A DNA stretch of 64,000 nt, taken from positions 13,267-77,266 of the forward strand of contig JBCBUK010000018.1 in assembly GCA_039818205.1 (NCBI GenBank), in the 5' to 3' direction. Below the pieces are notes generated by a model. It was not told where the DNA came from, did not search any database, and saw only the letters and a program-made list of their open reading frames with translations. Below are positions 49,775 to 57,921 of the stretch, in pieces. A program made the translations under genes and the position numbers. Numbering within the stretch: the stretch's first letter is position 1; each line of letters opens with the position of its first letter. This stretch comes from Verrucomicrobiota bacterium (lineage in GTDB: Bacteria > Verrucomicrobiota > Verrucomicrobiia > Opitutales > Cerasicoccaceae).

Positions 49775-50752
49775 CTAACGCGGTTCATCAGGCTGAGGAC
49801 CAGGCGGCTCTGTCGCGTCAAGGCGTTCGCGCTTCATCCAATAACGCGCCATAAGCGTATCCATGTCTTCGCGGAATACTTGACCGCGTCGCAAGCCAAA
49901 GAAATAACGCGCCAGTATCCTCGTCAGCCAAAACATGATCAAAAACAGCCCAAGCGGAAAGATAATGGTGTCAAACAGGTAGGCCGCGCTGATCGTAATA
50001 ACGTCCCAGAATAAATCCTTGGTTTGCGCCGAAAGAAAGGTCGTCAAGGTCAGCGTAGCATCGCTCATCTTTGCTGCCTTGCCAAAGAAGCCATCAGCGT
50101 CCTCCACGGCGGCGAAACGCTTCTCCAGCTCAACCTTCAACGCTGTAATGTTCGTTTCTGCCTCCTGGACTCGGGCCTCGGTAATCTCCTCGGAGAGCAT
50201 CGAGCCACCGGCCACCGCTAGCGGCACGACCAAATAAGCAGCCAGAGCTAGAATCGTACTGAAGAATGAAATGTCTCGCAGCACCCGTGCAACCGCGCGG
50301 CGCTGCGGCATAAACCAAGCCGACACCAGATAGAAAAGCATCGAACCAAGCGCGATCACCAATAGCCATTGATCCAGAAACTGCGAGAGCTCCAACGTCA
50401 TCCGGGTCATCACGATAATCATCGTTGCCCAAAGAACGATTTGCCACGCAAAGTCTACGTAGTCATAAACGCCCTGCACGAGGTCTCCCAGTTCCAAACC
50501 AAAGCCAACGCCGATCTCACTGCCTTCGACCACTGCCAGCACACTCTTCACCGCGGTAAGCACCAGGAACAATCGGGATGCATCCTCGAAGGACTCCTCA
50601 AGATATGCCTCGTTTGATGAATCCAGCGGCCCCAGCGCCTTCTCGTTAATCCAACCGTCCATGGGGCCGTTGACCGTGAGCCCCAACATTACGGCAATTA
50701 CGATTACGCACACCAGACGGCAGAAAAATAAAAGGCGGGCATTCTTAAACAT
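49775..50752 (-). CDS. Hypothetical multi-pass membrane protein
   Basis: Several hydrophobic helices and a coiled-coil-like segment. Confidence 0.75.
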   Translation of the reverse strand: MFKNARLLFFCRLVCVIVIAVMLGLTVNGPMDGWINEKALGPLDSSNEAYLEESFEDASRLFLVLTAVKSVLAVVEGSEIGVGFGLELGDLVQGVYDYVDFAWQIVLWATMIIVMTRMTLELSQFLDQWLLVIALGSMLFYLVSAWFMPQRRAVARVLRDISFFSTILALAAYLVVPLAVAGGSMLSEEITEARVQEAETNITALKVELEKRFAAVEDADGFFGKAAKMSDATLTLTTFLSAQTKDLFWDVITISAAYLFDTIIFPLGLFLIMFWLTRILARYFFGLRRGQVFREDMDTLMARYWMKRERLDATEPPGPQPDEPR

Positions 50753-50809
50753 AAGGTAGTCAGTGTCTAAGACTGCCCAGGGCGACAAATGTTCATTTGT
50801 GGCATTTAC

Positions 50810-51925
50810 CTAGTCTTTCCAATCACTCAAGAAGCGAGTCATATCGCTCATCGAGGGGCTCTTCCCGGAACGCACGTAGAATCCCGAAAAACAGACCGCG
50901 GCATGCAGACAAGACAATGGTGAAACACCCACCAATGAGGCACACATGAAACCGGCATTGAAATGGTCCCCAGCGCCCGTTGTGATTATGGGCTCAGCCG
51001 TGTAAGGACCTTCAATCCACCATTGGCCATCCCGAGTCGCACAAGCGGCTGAGTGCATCGGGTGGATCACCACGCAGGTGATGTTCATCTCCTGACGAAT
51101 GCGGCTCGCGGCGGCCTTCAATGAGTCTTCTGCGTCTTCAACAGTACCGAGGTCCAACGCCTGCGAAACCTGCGCAGCCTCACTCAAGTTAAGCCCAAGT
51201 GTAACCGCACCGTGGGCCTGAAAGCGCGTGATAGTTCGTAAGACCGACCGTAAATCCGATTGGGAACGCTTCGCCGGGTCTGCTAGGTCAAAAAAGAAGT
51301 GGCGGTTCTCATGTGGGCCGAAATTTGGAAACACCTTGTCGACCAGGTCATTAAACAGGTCGCTCAAATTGGGAAGCATCGTCCAGTTAACCATCGCGAT
51401 AAGATCTGCCCGCGAGCATAGGTCGAGAAAAGCCCCCTCTCCCATCGAATCGATAATGTGATGGTAATCGACGGCCTCGAGCGTCGCCATATCGCCAAAC
51501 ATGATTTTGCCATCGCTGAACTCGGCCGCAGTCGTCACCCCAGGGTCCGAAATAGAAATGGCCTGGGTATGCTTCGCGAATTCTTCGAAAACTGGATGGA
51601 CCGTCGGTTTGCCAAGCGCACCGATGTACCGCGTATTGACCCGGGCGCTATGAAGCGCATTCGCCATGATTGGCCCGTTCCCGCCGAGTTTCTCCAATAT
51701 CTGATACATCTCGATATTCGCACTCCGCCCAGCGGCCTCCGAGATCTTTGCGCCGAACTCTGCGATCGAATCATAGCGCTCATAATGATCACCCTGCCCA
51801 AAACGCTGTTTCACGGGATGGACAATTTTATCGACGAACCCATCAAAACCAACCATGGCCATTTTGGAGCCGATCTGGCCCGCATTATCACTTAATTCCT
51901 GAAGGGCTGTTTCACGTCGAGTCAT
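50810..51925 (-). CDS. PfkB/ribokinase family carbohydrate kinase
   Basis: KLGGNG, LNLSE, TTGAGDHFNAGF anion-hole motif. Confidence 0.82.
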   Translation of the reverse strand: MTRRETALQELSDNAGQIGSKMAMVGFDGFVDKIVHPVKQRFGQGDHYERYDSIAEFGAKISEAAGRSANIEMYQILEKLGGNGPIMANALHSARVNTRYIGALGKPTVHPVFEEFAKHTQAISISDPGVTTAAEFSDGKIMFGDMATLEAVDYHHIIDSMGEGAFLDLCSRADLIAMVNWTMLPNLSDLFNDLVDKVFPNFGPHENRHFFFDLADPAKRSQSDLRSVLRTITRFQAHGAVTLGLNLSEAAQVSQALDLGTVEDAEDSLKAAASRIRQEMNITCVVIHPMHSAACATRDGQWWIEGPYTAEPIITTGAGDHFNAGFMCASLVGVSPLSCLHAAVCFSGFYVRSGKSPSMSDMTRFLSDWKD

Positions 51926-52094
51926 GATTCCCGCATTGTGAAGTAGTTTGCGCAGAGGTGAAGCCGAAACTCTGCGCAAAATAGCCCACGCAATTTGGCG
52001 AGAATCGGGTCATTTTGATAAAATATTGAACAATGATCCCTGCAAACGGATTTTGCTTTGCCAGCTCGTCCGAATCCCGTTTGCGTTTTGATCC

Positions 52095-52847
52095 ATGCCG
52101 ATTGAGTGGTTAACCAACAACATTTTACTCGCGCAAGCTGAGTCTGGACCCAACGTATTTACCTACTTCGGCCAATCCAATCTGGCAGGAAAATGCATCA
52201 TCTTTGCGCTGGTCGTTTTCTCTCTGCTGGCGTGGACGGTGATGATTGGCAAATACCTTGATCTTTCCCGGCTCCGCACCTTGAACCTTAGTTTCGAACG
52301 CAAACTGGCGGATGTTAGCTCGGTTCTTTCGCTCAATCTAAAGACCCAAGCCAAGGGCCTTGGCCCATACGCAATGTTGGCCCACCTGGCTGTTTCAGCG
52401 TATCGACGCTATGGCGGCGAAGCAAGCCACATGGATTTGCGTGGCCTGCAGATCCGCATGGGCCATGTCGAAAACTCATTACAACGAGGCGTCGCACAGC
52501 AAACGATTCTCTATGAATCAAAAATGGTCTTGCTGGGATCAATCGTCACCGGTGCCCCGTTCCTTGGACTACTCGGAACCGTTTGGGGTGTGATGGACGC
52601 CTTTGGTTCGATGGCCCTGCAGGAGTCGGCCTCGATTCAGAATCTAGCGCCCGGCGTTTCCGGTGCGCTGCTCACCACGGTGGCTGGCTTGCTGGTCGCG
52701 ATTCCGTCCGTTTTCGGATACAATTTTTTGCTCACCCAAACAAAATTGCTCATCACCGAACTGGAAAATTTTGCCAGCTCATTAGCAGATCGCATCGAGT
52801 TGGAGATGCAGGAATCCGTGGACGACGGGGAACCCGAATACGAGTAG
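52095..52847 (+). CDS. TolQ/ExbB family protein
   Basis: APFLGLLGTVWGVM, APGVSGALLTTVAGL. Confidence 0.92.
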   Translation: MPIEWLTNNILLAQAESGPNVFTYFGQSNLAGKCIIFALVVFSLLAWTVMIGKYLDLSRLRTLNLSFERKLADVSSVLSLNLKTQAKGLGPYAMLAHLAVSAYRRYGGEASHMDLRGLQIRMGHVENSLQRGVAQQTILYESKMVLLGSIVTGAPFLGLLGTVWGVMDAFGSMALQESASIQNLAPGVSGALLTTVAGLLVAIPSVFGYNFLLTQTKLLITELENFASSLADRIELEMQESVDDGEPEYE

Positions 52848-52851
52848 CGTT

Positions 52852-53268
52852 ATGGCCCGAACATTTCGTCGCAAACAAAGCATGGAAGCCGTTTCCGAGA
52901 TCAACGTGACGCCGTTGATCGATTTGGCCTTTGCATTGTTGATCATCTTTATGATCACGACGCCGCTGCTTGAGCAAACCATTCCGCTCAACTTACCGTC
53001 GGAAAGCAAACGCCCCCAATCCACTGCCAGCGACCTCGAAATACAAGTCATCTCAATTGATAAGGAAGGCCAAATCTACTGGGGCGAGGAACCCGTAAGC
53101 CTGGCCAAGTTGGACGACATGCTCAACGGTCTTTCAGCCAGACCGAGTCCACCAGTTCTACGAATTCGCGGCGATGCATCGATCCAATACCAACGCATCA
53201 TTGAGGTCCTGGACCGTGTAAAAGCCCACGAGCTTACACGCATCTCGCTGGATACCCAAGTTCGCTAG
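52852..53268 (+). CDS. TolR/ExbD family protein
   Basis: EINVTPLID...LLIIFMITTP, RGD. Confidence 0.92.
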   Translation: MARTFRRKQSMEAVSEINVTPLIDLAFALLIIFMITTPLLEQTIPLNLPSESKRPQSTASDLEIQVISIDKEGQIYWGEEPVSLAKLDDMLNGLSARPSPPVLRIRGDASIQYQRIIEVLDRVKAHELTRISLDTQVR

Positions 53269-53275
53269 GATCGCG

Positions 53276-53953
53276 ATGCCGGCGTCGAACTCATCGCAAG
53301 AGCCTGCGCGGAAATCCATCCGGGAACTGACTGGCCCTCGCTTGGCCGCCGTCTCATTGCTCGGCTTACTCGCCAGACTCTGGTGCGCTTCGTTGCGAAT
53401 CAAACCCGACGAGGAGGCCCTCCGCATTTTGGCCGATGAGCGCCCAACCGTTTTCGTCCTTTGGCACAATCGACTCTTTACGATTGGCGAGGTACACCGA
53501 CGATTTCGTCGCCCCCATGTGAAGCACCCGATCTACGGACTGATCAGCGCAAGCCGAGATGGCGCATGGTTGACCGGGTTTTTCCAGAAAATCGGCATCC
53601 AAGCGATTCGTGGGTCCAGCAGCTGGCGTGGCACTCAGGCGGTGAGAGAAGCCGTTAAGATCCTGGAAGACAGTGACCTCGGGATTACTCCCGATGGCCC
53701 TCGTGGCCCCTGCTACGACTTCAAACCAGGAGCAGCGCTCATTGCTCGTAAAAGCAATTGTCCTGTTGCCCTACTGGGCATGAGCTTCGCCAAAGCCAAG
53801 CGCCTTAAGAGCTGGGATGCCTTTTACCTCCCGATGCCGTTTTCGGTAGTCGAGCTCCGAGGAAGAATCGCAAAAATAGATCCTAAGAAATCCCCTTCGG
53901 AAACGATTGAGTCTCTGAAATTGACGTTAGAAGAGCTGAGCCGTGACCAGTAG
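53276..53953 (+). CDS. DUF374 / lysophospholipid acyltransferase family protein
   Basis: LWHN, ISASRDG, IRGSS, ITPDGPRGP, SWDAF.LPMPF. Confidence 0.85.
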   Translation: MPASNSSQEPARKSIRELTGPRLAAVSLLGLLARLWCASLRIKPDEEALRILADERPTVFVLWHNRLFTIGEVHRRFRRPHVKHPIYGLISASRDGAWLTGFFQKIGIQAIRGSSSWRGTQAVREAVKILEDSDLGITPDGPRGPCYDFKPGAALIARKSNCPVALLGMSFAKAKRLKSWDAFYLPMPFSVVELRGRIAKIDPKKSPSETIESLKLTLEELSRDQ

Positions 53954-54001
53954 CATTTCGGCCACGGCCACAGCGCACTCTATCAATTCAGGAAAGCGTC
54001 C

Positions 54002-54499
54002 TTAGAAAGTTGGACGCAAGACGGCGGTAGCGCCGGTTGTCACAGACATATTCTCGCCCTTCGACCAAACCTTGTCGTTGAAGACAAATTTGAAGACGAG
54101 TGGCTGTTCGGCGTCCGTTGTCGACCAGGTCCATTTACCGTCCGCGCAATCCATCTGGATGCCAGTGTCCCAACGAAGAGGTCCACCTTCACCGCGGAGG
54201 TAAATCACATTGCCCCAACCCACATCGATATCAGCAACGATAGTGGTAAGTGGCGGAGTGGATTTCGAGGCCTTCGGAGCCGAAGACTTCTTAGTCGCTA
54301 CTGGCGCTTCAGGAGCCTTCTTCTTCACCGTTGTCTTTTTAGCCGCGACCTTCTTGGTCGCCGCTTTTTTGACAGCAGCCTTTTTAACGGCAGCTTTTTT
54401 CACCACCGCTTTCTTTGCGACAGCCTTCTTAGCAGCAGCCTTTTTCACAGGAGTTTTAGCAGCACTAGCTTTCTTTTTTGCAGTCTTTTTAGTAGCCAT
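54002..54499 (-). CDS. Histone H1/Hc2-like Lys-Ala repeat protein with a C-terminal CBM20-like beta domain
   Basis: KKxxx pentapeptide repeats; C-terminal DVGWGNVIYLRGEG..W...W...FKFVFND..WSKGEN. Confidence 0.75.
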   Translation of the reverse strand: MATKKTAKKKASAAKTPVKKAAAKKAVAKKAVVKKAAVKKAAVKKAATKKVAAKKTTVKKKAPEAPVATKKSSAPKASKSTPPLTTIVADIDVGWGNVIYLRGEGGPLRWDTGIQMDCADGKWTWSTTDAEQPLVFKFVFNDKVWSKGENMSVTTGATAVLRPTF

Positions 54500-54646
54500 T
54501 GTATCAATCAGGTTCGAAGTTTTTGGTAAACACTCGACAGAAGACTTTCCTTAGCAGGTAAAACGCCAACTTCAAGATCATTCCACTGGTTTTATGATCA
54601 ATTACATTTGGCACCTCGAAGGGCTCCGTGGAAAGAACATTTACCT

Positions 54647-54674
54647 TTGCAAAAAGACGCCGATCACCTAACCT
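54647..54674 (+). promoter_or_regulatory. Sigma70-like promoter for the 6S RNA candidate
   Basis: TTGCAA-16 nt-TAACCT ending 8 nt before the RNA closing stem. Confidence 0.5.
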
Positions 54675-54682
54675 GAACAATC

Positions 54683-54864
54683 GGAATCTTCTTCTGTGCA
54701 CGACACCTCGTCATGTTCTTATCCTTTTCTTATATCCGGGAGCTCGCAACCGGGCGATGACAGTCAAGCCGTAAACCGGAAGACTAGAGTCGCAAGGAGA
54801 GCACCCACCTTTATCAACAAAGGTAAATAGAACATCCGCATATTCGGCATAAGCAGAAGATTCC
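54683..54864 (+). ncRNA. ssrS: 6S RNA (probable)
   Basis: 182-nt rod: GGAATCTTCT/AGAAGATTCC closing stem, ATGTTCT/AGAACAT inner stem, pyrimidine-rich 5' bubble then GGGAGC; GAGCACCCACCT plus hairpin ACCTTT/AAAGGT on the 3' side, as recalled for Bacillus-type 6S RNAs. Confidence 0.78.
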
Positions 54865-54897
54865 ACTCAAATTTCACAACCTAAACACCCTGATCGC

Positions 54898-55425
54898 ATG
54901 CTGACAGACAAGGAACGACGCCCGCTCATTCTCCGAAGTAACCGATTTCTAGGATCCGCGCTGCTGGAAAAAAATCTGATTCAGGTAGAAGATCTGGAGG
55001 CCGCGAACGAGAAGTTGCTAGAAGCCGTCCAGAACGGCGACATGCGCGGGGCAAATCTGCTCAATATTCTCCTCTATGATCTCAAATCGATCGATGAGAA
55101 TGCACTGGTTGATCACGTCACCGAAGATGAATCCATTGGATTGATCGACTTGGCTCATTACGACATGGCCAAGTTTCGAGAGATCCAGGTCGACATCGAG
55201 CTCTGCTACGCAACCTATACGGTTCCGTTTGACCGCGTTGAAGACTTTACAATGGTAGCTACAGCCTACTACTTGAGCCGACCCACCGTCCAATACTGGG
55301 AAGAAGCCATCGGCGGAAACGTCATCTGGTATGTCTGCTCAACCGCATCCATTGCCGAGGCCATCGAACGGGCGGCACAAATTGATGCTTCCGAGGAGAT
55401 CGTCGAATCCGAGAAAAAAGATTAG
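54898..55425 (+). CDS. Stand-alone GspE/PilB N-terminal (MshEN-like) domain protein
   Basis: RFLGSALLEKNLIQVEDLEAA; later IDL...VPF...VATA pattern of the PilB/GspE N-domain; no ATPase domain. Confidence 0.65.
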   Translation: MLTDKERRPLILRSNRFLGSALLEKNLIQVEDLEAANEKLLEAVQNGDMRGANLLNILLYDLKSIDENALVDHVTEDESIGLIDLAHYDMAKFREIQVDIELCYATYTVPFDRVEDFTMVATAYYLSRPTVQYWEEAIGGNVIWYVCSTASIAEAIERAAQIDASEEIVESEKKD

Positions 55426-55540
55426 TCAGCCATCTGCTCACTTAAAATTTCTCGCGAACCTTCCCTTCAACCCCCATTTTCGGTATCCATCCCCAAAGCC
55501 TCGAATGCTTTCCTACTAGGACCTTCACGTTGAATTGAAC

Positions 55541-56542
55541 ATGGTGAAATCTCCGACTGCTGTCCAAGACCTGCTCGAACAGGATGCCCAATGCTCCGTC
55601 GAGCTAAGCTTGGTGATCCCAGCCTATAACGAAGTCGATTCGCTGGATCGCCTCTGGGCTCGGATAACCGAGGTCCTTAATGATAGCCCCTGGGATAGTT
55701 TTGAAGCCGTCTTCATTGACGACGGCAGCACCGATGGCACCTGGGAAAGTATTCGCAAACTCTGGAAGGAATACCCAACGCGAGCACGTGGGATTCGCAT
55801 GCGGCGAAATTTTGGGAAAGCCGCCGCGCTGGCAGCTGGCTTCGCCGCTGCTCGGGGTCGCCTCATCATTACAATGGATGCAGACCTCCAAGATGAGCCC
55901 GGTGAAATCCCCAACCTAGTCGCCAAGATCGAGGAAGGTTATGACCTGGTTTCTGGTTGGAAAAAAGAGCGCCATGACCCCTTGGAAAAACGGGTCCCTT
56001 CGAAGCTCTTCAACGCGGTTACGCGAAAAATTTCTGGCCTCGAACTCCATGATTTCAATTGCGGGTTAAAAGCTTATCGCGCTGAGGTCGTTCGCGAATT
56101 GCCGCTCTACGGTGAACTGCATCGCTACATTCCCATCCTTGCCCACGCTGAAGGCTACCGCGTCACTGAAATTGCGGTTGAGCACCATGCCCGCGAATTC
56201 GGCGTCTCCAAGTATGGCTTGGGCCGGTACTACAAAGGCTTCCTGGACCTTCTAACCGTTGCCGCAATTACTCGCTTCCTCCAACGCCCCGGACACCTCT
56301 TTGGTGGCTCAGGCCTAATGATTGGAACCGTGGGCTTTCTCATACTTTCTTACCTGAGCATGATCAAGATCGTGTTCGGCGCAGACATCGGACACCGCCC
56401 CTTGCTGCTCCTGGGTGTCCTCTTAATGCTCTTGGGGGTTCAACTGGTTTCCGTTGGCTTGGTCGGCGAGCTGGTCATCCGAAAGCTGGGTGGCCACCGA
56501 GAAGCCTACCCAATCCGCGAAGAACTAAATCCTCCGGAGTAG
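55541..56542 (+). CDS. GT2 polyprenyl-phosphate glycosyltransferase (ArnC/GtrB-like)
   Basis: VIPAYNE, DDGSTD, RNFGKAAA, MDADLQD, DFNCGLKAYR, two C-terminal TM helices. Confidence 0.92.
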   Translation: MVKSPTAVQDLLEQDAQCSVELSLVIPAYNEVDSLDRLWARITEVLNDSPWDSFEAVFIDDGSTDGTWESIRKLWKEYPTRARGIRMRRNFGKAAALAAGFAAARGRLIITMDADLQDEPGEIPNLVAKIEEGYDLVSGWKKERHDPLEKRVPSKLFNAVTRKISGLELHDFNCGLKAYRAEVVRELPLYGELHRYIPILAHAEGYRVTEIAVEHHAREFGVSKYGLGRYYKGFLDLLTVAAITRFLQRPGHLFGGSGLMIGTVGFLILSYLSMIKIVFGADIGHRPLLLLGVLLMLLGVQLVSVGLVGELVIRKLGGHREAYPIREELNPPE

Positions 56543-56704
56543 GCATCCTTGGATCTCGCAACGAATCGATCCTGCGGTTCATTTATGCTCGGTCGTCAGA
56601 TCCCTCAAAATTGGGAGTTCGCTATTGCTTCGGAGCAGAAATGTACGCTCGAGTAACTAGCGATACAAAAGCAAACCCTAAGTAAGGCAGACCCAAGCTC
56701 ATCC

Positions 56705-57904
56705 ATGTCAGAAATCAAGGTCCCACTTCTCGATCTCAATCAGCAGAATCACGCGCTCAGCGCTCAGCTTACCGAAGCATTTGAACGCGTCTTGGGGCAC
56801 GGTAAATTCATCTTAGGCGACGAAGTCGCGCACTTCGAGGAACTTGCTGCCCGCGAGTTGAATTCCAAGCATGCCATTGGCGTAAGCTCCGGCACCGACG
56901 CTCTGCTCCTTGCATTGATGACGCTCGACATCGGGCCCGGAGACGAAGTTATCTGTCCAAGCTTTTCGTTTTTTGCCACGGCAGGTGTTATTTCGCGACT
57001 AGGAGCCACTCCAATCTTTGCGGACATCTGCCCCGTCTGTTTCAACCTCGATCCCGATTCCGTCGCGGAAAAAATCAACCCGCGAACCAAGGCCCTAATC
57101 CCAGTGCACTTGTTTGGGCAAGCAGCGCCAATGACCGCGCTGACAGCCATTGCCGAGCAGCATGATCTCAAAGTCATAGAAGACGCAGCACAATCATTTG
57201 GGGCTGGTTTCCAAGACAAAGCTTTGGGAACAATCGGCGACTTTGGTTGCTTCAGTTTTTTCCCGAGCAAGAACCTCGGTGGTTTTGGGGACGCTGGTTT
57301 ACTCACGACACAAGACGATGAGCTTGCGGCCAAAGCACGGATCTTGCGCGTCCATGGGTCCGATCCCAAATACTACCACCCGATGATCGGGGGCAATTTT
57401 CGGATCGATGCACTGCAAGCAGCACTGTTAAGTGTGAAGCTGCCGCATCACCGTCAATACGGCCATCAACGCGCACTCAACGCCAAGTTCTACCGCGAGG
57501 CATTGGGCAAGTTCGATGGAGTCGTCGAAAATCAATCGTGCAAACTCTGCAATACAAAGTGCGATCAAGACCCTGACAATGCACGGCTGATTCTTCCCCA
57601 AACACTCCCAGGCAACACACACATCTGGAATCAATTCACCTTACGCTTACCCAAGCGGAACGGAACCGATCAGTTGCCCCGCGACGAACTCCGGGCTTTC
57701 CTTGGCTCAAGGAACATCGGCTCCGAGATCTACTACCCAGTCCCATTTCACCAACAAGAGTGCTTTGCTGCGTTGAAGCCTGCAACCTGCCCAGTCGCCG
57801 AACAAATCGCCCAAGAAGTTCTCAGCATCCCAGTCTATCCTGAGCTCAATGACGACCAGCGCGCAGCAGTCGTCAACGCCATCGCAGACTTCCTCGAACA
57901 GTAG
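56705..57904 (+). CDS. DegT/DnrJ/EryC1/StrS family NDP-sugar aminotransferase
   Basis: SSGTDAL, PVHLFGQ, IEDAAQ, SFFPSKNLG (PLP Lys), GGNFRID. Confidence 0.93.
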   Translation: MSEIKVPLLDLNQQNHALSAQLTEAFERVLGHGKFILGDEVAHFEELAARELNSKHAIGVSSGTDALLLALMTLDIGPGDEVICPSFSFFATAGVISRLGATPIFADICPVCFNLDPDSVAEKINPRTKALIPVHLFGQAAPMTALTAIAEQHDLKVIEDAAQSFGAGFQDKALGTIGDFGCFSFFPSKNLGGFGDAGLLTTQDDELAAKARILRVHGSDPKYYHPMIGGNFRIDALQAALLSVKLPHHRQYGHQRALNAKFYREALGKFDGVVENQSCKLCNTKCDQDPDNARLILPQTLPGNTHIWNQFTLRLPKRNGTDQLPRDELRAFLGSRNIGSEIYYPVPFHQQECFAALKPATCPVAEQIAQEVLSIPVYPELNDDQRAAVVNAIADFLEQ

Positions 57905-57921
57905 TCATTGGCAGCGGGGGT

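Noticed and set aside
54320..54450. Tandem 15-bp repeats as a possible CRISPR or VNTR
   Set aside because: Degenerate in-frame coding repeats of the Lys/Ala protein with no spacers; no CRISPR array or cas genes in the window
54750..54800. Fluoride riboswitch-like GGCGATG...GCC..TAAACCG
   Set aside because: Lacks the downstream CTGATG pseudoknot element; better explained as the apical part of the 6S RNA
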